A stretch of DNA of 64,000 bases. It comes from Lingula anatina (lineage: Eukaryota > Animalia > Brachiopoda). Under the pieces are notes generated by a model. That model did not search any database and had not been told where the DNA came from. It worked only from the letters and a program-made list of their open reading frames with translations. The stretch's first letter is position 1. Each line of letters opens with the position of its first letter. The translations under genes were made by a program, and so were the position numbers. Below are positions 12,810 to 27,082 of the stretch, piece by piece. Where the stretch lies: positions 1,496,954 to 1,560,953 of the forward strand of contig CM120644.1 in NCBI GenBank assembly GCA_051362555.1. The letters are read 5' to 3'.

Positions 12810-13639
12810 TAAGCAGCTGTTGTCACGGCCACAGCTTCACCCCAGCCCCACCCCAGCTCCAATTTCATTTTGTTTTCACATTTCACTCTAGCTGGTGCTG
12901 CAATATTGATGTTAAAGAGATTGGGAGCGAGTTGCTTCAAATATAAGTAGCACTTTATGTCAGAAAACATAAGCTTGTCGGAATGTTTTCAGTGCACATG
13001 TATTTCTGATTGCAGATACTAGCATTTAAAATCCATTCCCTTCGGCTTGCAAGCATGAAAGAGTTTAACAGTCAACAGTCTATCATTACAACATGAAGCT
13101 AAAATAAGTCATTCAACGCCATTGGTCATGATTTAAAACATTCTATATAAACTACAGTACCTGTACATTTCCAACAATGTTATACCTCTCCTCTGCTCAC
13201 ACACTATCCCGAAATGACAATGTTGAGATTATTGCCCGGAAAAGTACCTAGGCAAGTGCGGAGGCAGGGGGCAGCTTGAGATACCGTATGTGTTCCCCTC
13301 CCCTAAGGTTCCGAAAAAATTAATTAATTAAAATAACAACAGTAACAAGACAAATGAACCGATGTTCGTCCTGTACCCTTTTTATCACTCGCACACATAT
13401 CCATTTACTTAGGCCTCGTATGCCTTACACTTAAATTGTCCTTGCCTTAAATGGAAAAAGTCTTCTTCCCCCCCCCCCTCTCCCTTATAGCAAAACCCTC
13501 TGTGTGAAACCGCCACCCAATAAATATACAGTACGTCTATCAGAAATCATTTTCGGGAGGGAACTTTCCTGACGGAACATATATAGATTATACTAACATA
13601 CTGTTTACTTTGTAACTTCAATTTAAAAAGATAGAAAAA

Positions 13640-15873
13640 TAGCTTTACATGGGAATATTTACGATTATACCTATTGATATCTAGTAATGGTGCCATTTTA
13701 TTAAGCTTAAATCACAGTACTGTGAACACACACAAAAATAAAATCCCAATGCCTATCTTCATGTACTCGGTTGTATGTAAACTATCTTACCATGTGCACT
13801 CAGTTTGTTAATAGGGCTTTAAGTTATATGTGGACCTTGACACAGTGTCCGTGTCATTTCGAATGGATTTTTTTTTGTTTGGGAGTTAGGTTATCATCTG
13901 TCCATGTTACAAGATCATGATCGCCTCACTTTTATGTCTGACATTTAAAAGGCGTTTCCGTTTCTTTGCTTGCAAACGTGTACGTGACATATGATGATCA
14001 TGTTGTGAATTAAGATAATTCATAGTGCATTATCTTCATCGTGTTTAAGAAACGTCTTTGAATTTTTACAAGAAGCTGTTTATTTAAATAACCGAAGATT
14101 CATTAAAGAGGGTTAGTTATTTTATTAACTAGACTTTTTCACAAAGAAGGATTCTAAAAATGAAGTCTGGTTAAGACGCCAAACCCCATATATTGATTTT
14201 AACTTACTTATTTAATTTTATTCTACATCACGTAACCATCACGTTTAATGGCATTCTTAAATAGAACTTATAGATAACCTTGTAGTAACGTAATCACAAC
14301 TGTCTCCATTTGCTAGATATAAGTCTAATAGTAGTAAGAAATACTAGTATGATAGTTTATCGAATCCCAGGAGAGCTACAATTTTTCTGAAATGATCACG
14401 CACTCCCCAGCATAAGTAAACAAACAAGAGATAGCGTACTGACAGTCTGGCCAAATTACAGTATCAGTTTGTTTGCTGAGGTCGATAAAATAGTACATCA
14501 GAGTCCTTGGTACTTTCACAAGGTGGTGAGATGATTATCTTCTGCGTCTAGATCTGCCATTTTAAAGGTGCGCTTCTTCACGTGCAGACTGGTACAGCAT
14601 GTGAGAGCCTGGCGAGGTGGGTGTAAATTCGGTGTGCTCACAGCAGAAATTGTGAATTCTAGTGGTAGTGCCAACATTGCCAGTCGGATTTTACCTGTAT
14701 TGGTACATGTAGTGACACAAACCCCCATTGTTTTAACTCGTGATTTAAAAGAAAATGTAATTCTCATAACTTTTTTGTGCAGAAACACAAATACTTTTTG
14801 GACGGAAACTGTTATAACGTACAAATATTCAAACCATTCGTGCGCACTGTTAATTTCATAACTGTTTAAAATTCACTTTCTCGTTATTTTGTAGTCAGAG
14901 GTAACACAAAATCGCAAGGTCAAAGAAGAATTCACAAGGTGAAATAATCAGGTGAGTGAAAGCCGCTAAAATTGCTCATCTCGGTATATATTAGCATACA
15001 TGTAGTTGACGTTATTTCTTTGCATGAATGGCATATTCAAGGCCTGTAATAAAGCTATGGAAACAGCCTGACATGTGAAAATTTCTGATTTTACATACAC
15101 CATTATTTTATCATTTAGTAACGGTGCCATGTTATTTATCTTCAATCACAAGTCCATGGACACTGGTAGGTACATAAGATTTTAAAAATTAAAGCCTGAG
15201 TCATTTTTACTAGTAGTTCTGGTTATATGTTAAATGCTTCATTTATCTATGCATGCATACTCATATAGTTTGTTAATAGGGGAATAAGTTATTTGTACAC
15301 TCTGCCACAGTGAAGTGACATTCCGTTTCTGGTGCAGGGGTAATTCTTGCACCGGTATCAGATTTTTAGCACTGTAATTAAGGCAATGCTTTTGGATATA
15401 GGGCAGCTGATTTAGATTACATATGTCCGGAACCGCGCAAATTTAGTTATAAACCAAATTCAGAATTGAGCTCGAAATGCGGACACCGTTGGATACTTTA
15501 GTTAGGATAACGCGTTAGTGTAACCTTCCAGATTCGCTGTCTAAATCGTTACGTCTAAATCGCTACGGAGGCATAGAGGCGGATTATTATAATACTTCAT
15601 CATTAACATAAAATATTGTGATAAGTTTTGTCTAATAAACCATTGCGATTAAAATCGACAATTTTGCTCTCCTTTCCAATACAAAGTGCAAGTATTTTAA
15701 ACAACTAACTGAGGTAGTTTAATCCATAGGTTCAAATAGTCTTAATGTGGTCATGCAGGCGCATATCCAACAAACATGGAATTTTTTCTGTAAGCTCGGG
15801 CTGATATATAACCTTGTTTGTTTGATGGGCATAAGTCTCAGTCTGGTAGTTGGTCAATTCCCAGGGAATTAAA

Positions 15874-15953
<80 letters not shown>

Positions 15954-16995
15954 TTATGTGAAAAGAGCGTGCCCCCCCCCCTCCCATCCATACAGAATAT
16001 GATGGATTACCTACTTGCCCTGCTGAATGTTGTATTTCGGCATGTTTTTCGGGTCATATGTCACAGCACCCCAACCACTCCTTAGACACACACAAATTTA
16101 TCCTTAAGTACACTACACAGCTGTAGTATGCGTGCAAATGGAGGGTATCATAATGACAGGCTGGGTCACTTACCAAATTAATGCTTCATTTTGTTTGCGG
16201 ACCTGGAAAATGGGTTATCAAATGTCCTTGATACAAGATCAACGCCTTACCTTGATGTGTGTCATTTTAAAAAGGCATTCATTTCTTCGCGTGCAGACGT
16301 CTGTGTGAGTGGCTGATGAGCTTCATGTTAATTATGAGACTAAAAACCACGTAGCAATGTTTTCCCCCCACCGTGATAAAGAAACGTTATTGAAATGTTT
16401 CGGAATTCTTTTTAACCGGTCTGTAACCGAAGATTCATTGTGTGTGTGGGTATTTTTATGAGCCAGACATCACAGTGGAGGGTCCTGATTCTGAACTTTG
16501 CTTAAAATGCCAAGATCCATAGATGTGGATGGGTATAAAGTAACTTATAGCGAATCTAAATTTACTTCCTTATTTAATCTTATTCTACATCGGGTAGTAT
16601 ATCAGGAGTATTATTATTATTATTTTATTTTTTTTTTACATTTCACAAAGAAAATATTATGGCCATCCTAACGTGACTGAGTTCGTTAATACCCTATTCT
16701 CATTATATGTATGGCAGCTTGAGGAAATACAAAATCCCATGGTCAAAGAAGAGGTCACAAGATGAAATAATCAGGTGAGTGGAAGTCGTTAAAAGGCTCA
16801 TCTTCGTATTCATTAGCATATGTGACGTGAGGTTCTTTGCATTGAAGGCGTCTTAAAAACCTGTTCTTCCACAAAAAGCTCTGGAAATAACTTAACATGA
16901 GAATAATTCTTATTTTACATACACCTAGGTATTAGTTTTAGCATTCGGTGATGCTGCCAACACCTTCAGCTTAAACCACAATTCCATGAGGCCAA
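13640..16995 (+). repeat. Decayed tandem duplication (about 1.5-1.8 kb units) containing two 57-nt exon-like cassettes
   Basis: Repeated blocks: TAGTAAYGGTGCCAT at 13682 and 15116, TAACCGAAGATTCATT at about 14089 and 16424, GGTCAAAGAAGA...GAAATAATCAGGTGAGTG at about 14918 and 16741. Confidence 0.6.
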
Positions 16996-18323
16996 ACAAA
17001 ATAGGTAGGGGAGGGTGGGGCTAATCCACACCATTTTCATAAAAATTGGCATAAGAGAATACTATTATCGTCAGGCTCCTAGAAATTTGTCAGAAGGAAG
17101 GTTATTTAAATGCCTTTATTATGGATAAGTATCAGGCGTCCACTGTAAATTATATGAGAGTAAATTAGGTTTTAACAAGTCTAGTCCACGTGTGCGAACT
17201 TGCCTCACCCCGGGGCAAGTCCACACACATACTAAAATCCACAAGAAAATGAGCTTTTGTCCAACATTGTGCATTTTAATCAGTAAGACCGGGAGTAACA
17301 GCAGCAACTTAAGCAGCCACTCTTTAACGACTCCTCAGTATTGTTTGCCTATGGTAACTTTTCAAAAATATAACTAATGTTAAAGACGACAGCGCCAATG
17401 AAAACACAGCAGTTTTGACCAAAATATCAAAATGTTCACTAAAATTATCAACAACAAATCAATTATCAACAACAAATCATCTAAATTCTTTTGGCCAGTT
17501 TTTCTATATCCATCAGTTTATTTGAAGGGGGGGGGGGCGGGGTCTGCTGATGCAAAGCCCCCCCCCTTCCCCCTACACACTTGGCGTAGGGTTCGGGGCC
17601 CGAAAATTCTTGGTACTTTAGAGGGCGAACGGTGCCATTTGGTACGGTTTAGAACTATGGTATAGCTAGTCAGAATACTAATTTCAAGAGGGGACCAGAA
17701 ATCGAGAGGGGGTCAGGACCCCCCTGACCCGCTCCCTTCTAAATCTGCCACTGTAATATCACCATGCCAATACTCAGAGAATACCCGTTAAAAATAAAAC
17801 ATTAAAAAAACGTTAACTTTCATCAGAAAATATGTTTAACAAGAGGTTTTATGTGCAAGTCCGCCCTGGAGAGAAATAGTCCCTTGCAATAGTAGCGGTC
17901 TTGCCCCAATAGGACTTTTTTCCTTAAATACGTGATTGCATAATATCGGTAATACGTATGCAAACCAATAATATGCCGCAGATAAGACCATACCCCCTGT
18001 ATAATATACATATAGATTACTTACTGCAAATCTAAACTCTGTCGACAAAATTAGACAATAAATAGAGTCTGATAATTTACTTACCATGTAATAAGAAACA
18101 AGAAACACTACATGGTTTTACAGGCCGCGATTTTTACTTATGCGCGCTTCCACATATAATGTGACTTCTCAAAATGGCGGAGGGCGTGATTCATCGTTTC
18201 ACTTTCGAGATATGGGGGTGTGCAGATTTGCCCCGAGGGCGGACTAGCCCCACCCTCCCCTATATAGATGAGTGGAATTAGTCGAATACTGCCCATTTGA
18301 ATCAATCGGATCAATAGGAACTA

Positions 18324-19710
18324 CACACACTGGACAAAAGAAGTGTCACCCCCTAACTCAGAGTAATAAAAGTAGGCAGATCTTGGGTACTTATAATGCC
18401 TGGTCTACTTATAATGTGACTAATGAGTATAAAACCGCTATACCATGGAATTGTATTGTTGGTCTTGTACATGTACAGGAAATGTTATTCCTGTCTTCTT
18501 CCAATATGGCAAGATACAAGCAATTATCTAACGGTTATAGGTGCAAGTTATTAACCTGAAGAGGCGGAATATAAGCAATGTCAGAATATCGATACAATTG
18601 AATTGTTCAGTCAGAACCGTGCAGAGGGTCTGATCTCGGTATAGAAACACTGGATCAAGAGACAAATTGCCTCTGATGGGTCGCCCAAGAAAAAATACTG
18701 GCCGTGAAGACCGACGACTGATTTTGATGTCCAGGTTGTCAAAGTTCGACACTGCTTGTCAGTTGACAACACAGGGGAACAATTTCACACATAAGAATGT
18801 GTCTGTGAAAATTGCTAGGCGTCAGTTACATGCTCAGAGAGTGTACAGCAGGGTAGCAAGACTGAAACCTCTTATATCGTTACAAAACAGGCAACGTAGA
18901 GTAAACTAGGGTCAACAGGATCTTGAACTGGACAGTTCATGACAATTGGTCCTATATATTTTTTTCTGATGAGTGTCGCTTTGGTCTGACCTCTGATGAC
19001 AGACGGGTACTATGCTGGCAAACTGCTGGTAAAGCATTTGAACCACATGCACTTAATTTTCGAACCCGGAGCAGCATATTCGTCATGGTGTGGGGCTGCA
19101 TCAGCATCCATTGCTTGGGCGAATTGATAGTGGTTAATGGAAACATGAATCACTAGAAATATATCGATGTTTTGGAGTCAGGCTTGCTACCATCTATTAC
19201 TAACATGTTTGGTGACAGGAATTATCCATTTGTTGACCAGGATGACAATGCTCCTTGTCACAGGCCCAGAGCAGTTGATGATTGGTTTGACCAACAGGAC
19301 ATTCGCAGGGTGATGTGGCCTGCCCAGAGTCCGGATGCAAACATAATAGAAAATGTGTGGAATGATATGTCAAAACTTTTTACAAATGCCCGTCTAACCA
19401 GCAGAGAAACTCTGTTATATTCAGTGTTTCATGCTTGGGCCAGCATTAGCCCTGAACGCATCAGACAATTATATGAAACCTTGCTTCGTAGACTGGCACC
19501 TATTATTAGGTCACGTGGCTATGCCACTAAGTACTAATTTTGGACTTGAAACTGCATATTTTGGTAGAGTGTATATTTTGTTCTCATTTTGTGATTTTTT
19601 GTGAAATTTGATGTTAATAAAATGATACCAGGAGCATATCATTCCACAGTCATTTATCTCCCCCATAGTATTGGCTCAGTAGGGGTGACACTTCTTTTGT
19701 CCAGTGTGTG
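18324..19710 (+). mobile_element. Full-length Tc1 (DD34E) transposon, 1387 bp
   Basis: Perfect TIR CACACACTGGACAAAAGAAGTGTCACCCC ... GGGGTGACACTTCTTTTGTCCAGTGTGTG with TA TSDs at 18322-18323 and 19711-19712. Confidence 0.95.
18506..19537 (+). pseudogene. Tc1 transposase pseudogene
   Basis: GRPRK, FSDECRF, VMVWGCI, QDDNAPCH-(34)-SPDANIIENVW and RGYATKY* motifs, split over several frames by stops and frameshifts. Confidence 0.93.
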
Positions 19711-19862
19711 TAGTTCACAAAAAGAACTATGGTCATCCTTCAGTAAACATTTTAAATGTAATATCAAGGAGGTCAATTTTTTAACAAATTATATCAATTT
19801 TTATATAATCCACGTCGATACGACCGCAGACTGATAAGTGCCTCCTACCCTCCCCCCCCCCC

Positions 19863-19903
<41 letters not shown>

Positions 19904-20859
19904 GATATAAAACGAAAACCCGTCTTTGGGCCTTATGCGATTTTGACAAACTAGTACTGTTCTTACTATACATTGCATATTGCAGTCTTGTTCATGTGTT
20001 ACCCCCATCACTCACTTTTCCCCTTTGGACACATTTACCAGATCGTACCGTCCTCTAACGATAGATAACACACACTGACAAATAAATGTTTCATTATGTT
20101 CGGAAAGTAGGATATCGGCAGGCAGGCCTTAAATCAGTTGAAAAAGCAGTCTCGGTGTGATAATCATTTTAAGTCTCTATCATTCTGAAGGGTCTATTCC
20201 TCACGTGTGTAGACCTGATGTGAGGTATGGTTTAAATCATGCAACGCTAAAAACACACACACACACACACGTATGTGTCTATCGTCCAACGGGACCGAGA
20301 TGTCTTATGAAAGTTTCACAGACAGCTGCTCGTCCATGTAACTGAAAAGTCATTGTGGAGGGCCTATTAAATTTCTTGTTTTACAACGGCTTGTACGAAA
20401 CTGTGAATTCTGGTTGAATATCTAATGTTGCTGGACGAAAACTAACTGAAGAGAAATGAACAATTTAACTCATTGTGTTTGAATCAAAATGTAAATCTCC
20501 AAATCTGCAATGTAGAGTGGATCAAACAATGACGAAAGGCCATACATATCTGCATTTTAACTTTTTTAATTAATTTCTTCCTAGTTGAAAAAATTTGTTT
20601 GGCGCCCAAGGACACACAAAGAAAGACAAGGCTGAAATCCCCCTAGTTGTCAAGCAATAAACCAACAAGGTAAGTGAAAGTAGTAAAAAATACTTATTTG
20701 CATTAATGTCCTCAAGTCAACATGTCATTTGCAAAAACGGCTGTGCCAATTTGGGGAAACCTTTACAAGTATTTTACTTTTGAAATCAGATCACCAATAT
20801 TTAAAAACTTATATCGGAATATGTAGATCCCCGTAGAAATTACCTTATGGACCTACCCT

Positions 20860-22644
20860 CTGTTTATTGATCATATGCAAAAGAGTTTAATTTGGCAGTA
20901 TCAGTTTTATCAGAGAACCCTGGTACTGTGATATGAGAGTAACAAGGGGGTCACCTTACCGCCATTTTGAACCCCGGGGAGCCTGTGTCAATTAAGGCAT
21001 GTAGCAAATGTCAATACATTTTAATGTAGTGAATGTAAGTTAGGTGAAAGGTTATTGTGAAACTTACTTAAGGTCATCTATAAGTATTGGTCAATAGAGC
21101 TACGTTGACTGACAGTGGTTCTCAATATACAAGCCCATCCATATTTTTACATGTAAGTTATTAAAAGTAAGCGAGTTGGACTTTTCTCCCATCAGTTGCA
21201 TCGGTCTATCAACTTAAATCACCGAAAAAGTAATAACTATTCTTATCTGTTTTGAGACAAAAAATAAACGAACTATATGTTAAACCTTTGTTGTTTTCGA
21301 TGCACCATCTCACATTCTCCAAGCTATCTAGTGTAATTTTGCTTAAGTAGAAAATGTGCAACTTGTCAGTATCAACCATCGTTTCAGATATTGTTTAGAA
21401 TGATTTTTAATAACACAATGAATAGCTTGCAGCTACTTTTGTGCTTCCTCACGGCTTTTAAAGGAAAACCCCGCGTAACGTCTTTTATGCAGGTCAATAT
21501 TTTAGTTGGCTGTGTTTGCAATGTTTTATCATTTACAAAATCTCAATTCAGTTACATCAACGATAAGTTAGAAAATATAGTTCTTTACAAGAAATACGAC
21601 AAAACTTAGAAAGTAATTTGGTAAACTTTCTTTACGAGGCATTGCACATGTAAAATATACTTGAAGTTGAGGACAAAATACAGCAGTAAAATTAACATGC
21701 AATTCGTAATACTCCTTTGGTGCAGACTAATTTTTGTTAGCATCTAAAAGGGTTATTATTTTTTAAAGTTTCGTTACTCAAATCTTCATGGGCCAAACTC
21801 TGCTTACTATAGAGGGGCATGAATCGGATAAAACAAAAAGCCAGAACTTTTCATTTTCTGTCACCAGTGCATTAGAAACAGTTTTATAGTGACAGTAACG
21901 ACAGTCTGTAGCTTTCTAATGTTTATTCACCGTTTATTCACATGCAGTTTGGGTCATATGTCATATTTACCCAGACGTGCCTTTATTTGCCAGCTTAATC
22001 TTACGAAATGAGTCACTTGCAAAACTGATATTTCATTTTGCCTGGTTTGTTTGCCTTGATAAAGTCACTAGGGGATAAAGTAATCATCCTCTTCCATTTG
22101 GAGAGGGCATTTCTTCAAACTGGTACTCTTCATCGAGAAAGTTCATGATTTTTTTACTGTCTACTTTTTTTACTACGCAATAGGGAATTCAATGCCAGCG
22201 TCATTGTTAAGGGTAAATTACAATGTATTTCTCTTGGTCAGTAGGGTCTTATATTGACCAGTTTAACTGAAGTATCACGTTCAGATTCTGAAATTGTGAG
22301 TTTTGTTGAAACATCAAGGTCCATAGGTGGAAACCAATTAACTCATGGTGTCTTTTTGACAGAATGTAATGGCACTAACTATTCTAGATCAGTCAGTGTA
22401 ACAGATATTGTTTTTGGTTGGAAAGTTTTATGACAGAAAAAACTGAGACCATACTAACGTGCTGGTAATTTAGTTGCTCTTTAAAATCAGTTTTATTATA
22501 TGGTTGTCCAAGGAAACACTGAGTGAAGGCACTTAAAACAAAAAGGTACAATCTCGCTCGGTAATCATTTGCATTAGTGACGTGATCTGGTTTGCATAAC
22601 TGACATGTTTTGGGACTATGGCTCTAGGAATATATACAAAAATA

Positions 22645-22684
<40 letters not shown>

Positions 22685-25600
22685 TAGTCTAAGGAAACAA
22701 AATAGGATTGTTGATATGTAATTAAAAGTAGATAAAGAAGATTAATTCTAAGTATAATTAGGGCAAATTCAGTCATTGTTACCCCTAGGGAGTGGTAGGT
22801 AGAGGTTGGTTAGCTCAGGGCAGGCAAGAGGGGGGATCTGACCAAATAGCACACCAGAGGGGGTGATAGGTTATCATACCTGTCACAACCTCATTCACTA
22901 ATGAAGTCTGACTGCAAGCGGATGAAATATTGGATGGTAAGATCAGACGAATATAAGTAGCTATAGAGAAAAGAATCCACACAAGTCTATAACTTTATGG
23001 ACTCTATTTATTGATCATATGTGAAATAGTTCAATTTGGCAGTATCAGTTTAATCAGAGAACCCTGGTACTGTGAGATGAGAGTAACGAGGGGGTCGCCT
23101 TACCGCCATTTTGAAGCCCGGCGAGACTGTGTCAATTAAGGCATGTCGCAAATATCAATGTCGTTTCAATGTATTGAATGTTAGTAAGGTGAAAGGTTAA
23201 TGTAAAACTTACTTAAGGTCATCTACAGTTATTGGTCAATAGAGCTCCCGTTGACTAACAGTGATCTTCAATACACGAGTCCAATCATATTTTTGTATGT
23301 AATTTATGAAAAGTAAGCGAGTGGAAGAACTTAATGTCCTGATCAGTCAAATCAGTCTATCAACATAAATCACGAAAAATTAAATACCAGCCTTATCTGT
23401 TCTGACACAAAAAATATTAATGAATTTTGATTTATTAATTTAATTTAAAAAATGTTAAACCTTTGTTGCTTTCACTGCACCATGTCAAATTATCCAAGCT
23501 ATCTAGTGTAATTTTGTTAAACTAGAAAATGTGCAACTTGTCAGGAAGCGAGTATCTTGCCCATCGTTTCAGAAATTGTCTAGAATGGTTTTTAATAACA
23601 AAATAAATAGCTTGCAGCTACTTTCGTGCTTTATCCGGGCTTTTATAGGAAAAACCCTGCATGACGTCTTTTATGCAGGTCAATATTTTAGTTGGCTGTG
23701 TTTGTAATTTTTTCTCTTTAACAAAATCTCAATCCAGTTACATCTATGATAAGCTGGGAAATATGCTGACAGGGAAAAAGTTTTACACTTGGACATAAAA
23801 AGGAAAGGACATGAAACGCGGCATCTTCCTCTGAAGCTTTGTGCGTTCGGGTAAACATTCGCCCATTGTCAGATAAGCTGTTTTGTTGGCTCCACGGGAG
23901 CCTGAACAGCTTATTATCAAGGTAGCGCGCTGTGCCTCCTCGAAATCTTTTGTTCTGTTGCATGGATAAAGCAATTTTCTCGCGTTCCCTCGTGGTTGCT
24001 ATGATGCAGTATTGCGGCCATCTTGCAGTTGCTAGCACATAGGCTTGTATCAACACGTGGAAATTTGTTGCGGGGTTTCAGAATCTATTTCCTGTTACCT
24101 CATTAAAACGGGCTCTATACTATTGTCTTTACTTGTTATCATTTCCAAGATTGTATTGATATATGTTGAGCTGATATATAACTGGTTTTAAAGCAATGTA
24201 TCGGCCGATTCATGTGTGGTGCCATTTTCCAACGAAAGCCGATATTGAGAGTAAAGAAATTATCAATTAACATTCACAAATTTGAGCAGACAATTGCCGG
24301 TAAAATGAACATTTATATACAGTTCATAAACTTGTTGATGTCAACTTTTATAAAAGGTTATTAAATGCATCCCGGGTGCGATTTTGTGTGTCACAAATGC
24401 ATGTGTTTTGTCATATTGCAACAGGAACCGATATTGAGGGTAAAAAAAATATTAATTAGCATCCCTAAATTCAAGAAGACGTTAGCCAGTAAAATAAACA
24501 TACATATACAGTTCACAAGAGTAGAAAATTTAAATTATCATCCAAAAAATCGCACATATTTTAGCCAGTAGCATGAATCTATACATAAAGTAAACAGCAT
24601 TGTTGGTGTCATCTTTATTTAAAGGGTGCATAAAAAAACAGCCTTAAAGAAATGTTAGCGAGCCTAAGCAATCGGAGAGAAATTGCGTCATTTTAATTCT
24701 AGACACGATTGAAGGTTTCATTATTGCCACATCTCAGGCTAATTTCTCACATAAAGAGAAAATTTTGACATCAGAAATATTTCCAATCGGATCATAGCTA
24801 AAAACAAGTTTACCACACTACAATTGTACAAATTTGAATGCTCATTTAACGACAACAAACAAGATTGCCTTTACCACATACGGCATTTTGAATTCATCCA
24901 TGAACAAACATATCAAATTCTATCATAGCTTCCGAATTGATAAAACAAATTGTAATCATACTTAATCTTTATTAGTTTCTTGTCTCATCCACTCCAAGGA
25001 TTGACTCACGTCATCGTGAAATACCTGCACAAATGACACAAAAAGTCATCGACAACTGCGATATGCTTGCTACCTGTACGGGAAGTCACGTGATCCGAAC
25101 GAACATGGTTTCGCGAAGAAGCCAATTAACCTTTGATCTTGCCCCACGTTTCGTGTCCTTCCCTTATTATGTCCAAGTTTTACACAAAGCACGACAAAAC
25201 AGCATTTTCTTAGAAAGTAATTTGGAAAACCTTCTTTATAAGGTATTGTAAAATATACTTGAAGTTGAGGACAAAGTGCATCAGTAAAAATAAACATGCA
25301 ATTCGTAATACTCCTTTGGTGCAGACTAATTTTGTTAGCATTAAAAACGTGCAAATATTATCTAAAAGGGTTATTGATCCAAAAAGTTTCAATACTCAAA
25401 TCTTCGTGGATGAAACTCTGCTTACTATAGAAAGGCATGGATCGGATAATACAAAAAGCCAGAACTTTTCACTCTCTGTCACCAGTGCATAAAAATGGTG
25501 TTATAGTGACAGTAACGGCGGTCTGTAGCTTTCTAATGTTTATTCACCATTTATTCACATGCAGTTTAGGCCAAATGTCAAATGTTTGTTTGCCGAGTTT

Positions 25601-26215
25601 TTTTGCCTTGATAAAGTCATCATCCTCTTCCATTTGGAAAGGTCATTTCTTCATACTGCTACTCTCATCGTGAACGTTTATCACCATAAATGTTTTACTG
25701 TCTACTGTTTTACTACGCAATCGAGAATTCAATGCCAGCGTCATTGTGGAGAGTAAATTACAATTTATTTCTCTTGGTCAGTAGGGTCCTACATGTATAT
25801 TGACCAGGTCAACTGAACTGTCACGTTCACAATGATTCTGAAATTGTTAGTTTGGTTGAAACACCAAGGTCCATAGATGGAAACCAATTAACTTATTTTT
25901 ATTATTATTATTATTTTATTATTATTTTTTTTTTTTTTTGGACAGAATGTAATGACACTAACTATTCTACGTAAGTCAGTGTATCAGAGATTGTTTTTGG
26001 TTGGGAACTTTAATGACGGAAAAAACTGAGACCATATTAACGTGCTGGTAATTTTGTTTTTCTTTAAAATCAGTTTTATTATATGGCTGACCAAGGAAGG
26101 CACTTTAAACAAAAGGTTATCTCGGTAATCATGTGCATAAGTGACGTCATCTGGTTTGCATAATTGGCATGTCTTGAGGCTATAGCTCTAGAAATATATA
26201 CGAAAATAAATGTAC
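20860..26215 (+). repeat. Direct duplication of about 1.8 kb: 20860-22650 vs 23003-26215 (second copy carries a 1.39-kb insertion)
   Basis: Colinear match from TTTATTGATCATATG...GGCAGTATCAG...AGAGAACCCTGGTACTGTG to CTGGTTTGCATAA...GCTCTAG in both copies. Confidence 0.88.
23788..25177. mobile_element. Non-autonomous TIR DNA transposon (1390 bp), superfamily uncertain
   Basis: TIR CTTGGACATAAAAGGAAAGGACATGAAACG ... CGTTTCGTGTCCTTCCCTTATTATGTCCAAG. TSD is TTTTACA (7 bp), or GTTTTACAC (9 bp) if the ends are trimmed by 1 nt. Absent from the sister copy at about 21580. Confidence 0.8.
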
Positions 26216-27082
26216 ATGAGAATATTTCTGATTGCACATAGGTGTTAAAGGTATTACCATAGATGAATTAGTATTCATATTTTTTTCTAAATAATTAGGA
26301 ATGGTACCATGTGAAATTATTAAGGATGAATCATAGTATTATGAGCACATGTGCATGGACTATCCCTGTAGAATGTCAGGAAAGAGACAAAGTGGTCAAA
26401 CATTGTGCCTATGTACATGAAGTTCTAGTTGCATGTAAAACACTACATTATGTGTACTCGGTTCAGTGGACCTTTCAGTTTAAAGTTAATTTATTCATTT
26501 TTTTTTTACAATCGCTGTCATTTCAGGTATACGCGTATGTAAAATTCTTATAAGCCCAAATATTTAAAACAAACATCGGCTTTTGTATTACTCACATCGA
26601 TGGGACCCCAGATCGATAGATACCGCATCACCCTTGTCTAATAATTGTTTATCTGTGATTGAAAGGAGGGCAGATTAAAGGATAGTCAGGAGGTGATTAT
26701 CTCCTTACGTACCGGGTATCTATCATTTTAACAGATGTTTCTTTACTAGTAGACTTGTATGTGAGGGCCAGGCCAATCTGGTTTAAATTTTGTGACAATT
26801 AAGTAACCACACATTGTTAGTCTTTTCTCCACCGTGATCGAGATGTCTCATGGAAGTTATATGAATTTGCCCGTCCAGGTGGAAGATAGTGGGAGACTGG
26901 TAATGGTATGTAACCAAGGATTCACTGTGAAAGATCAGTTATTTCTTTTGATTGTACAACAGTCGTAAAGTTTTGAAGGCCACTGGTTGAAGGCCGCTAG
27001 ACGGGAACAAGCTTAAGTGAAAAAATCACTAGTTTTTTTAACTTCTAGGGATATTTAAAGAAAAAATTACAGTGCTTCAGAC

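Noticed and set aside
14516-14861. Overlapping 97-102 aa ORFs
   Set aside because: No recognisable motif or splice context; probably part of a small insertion.
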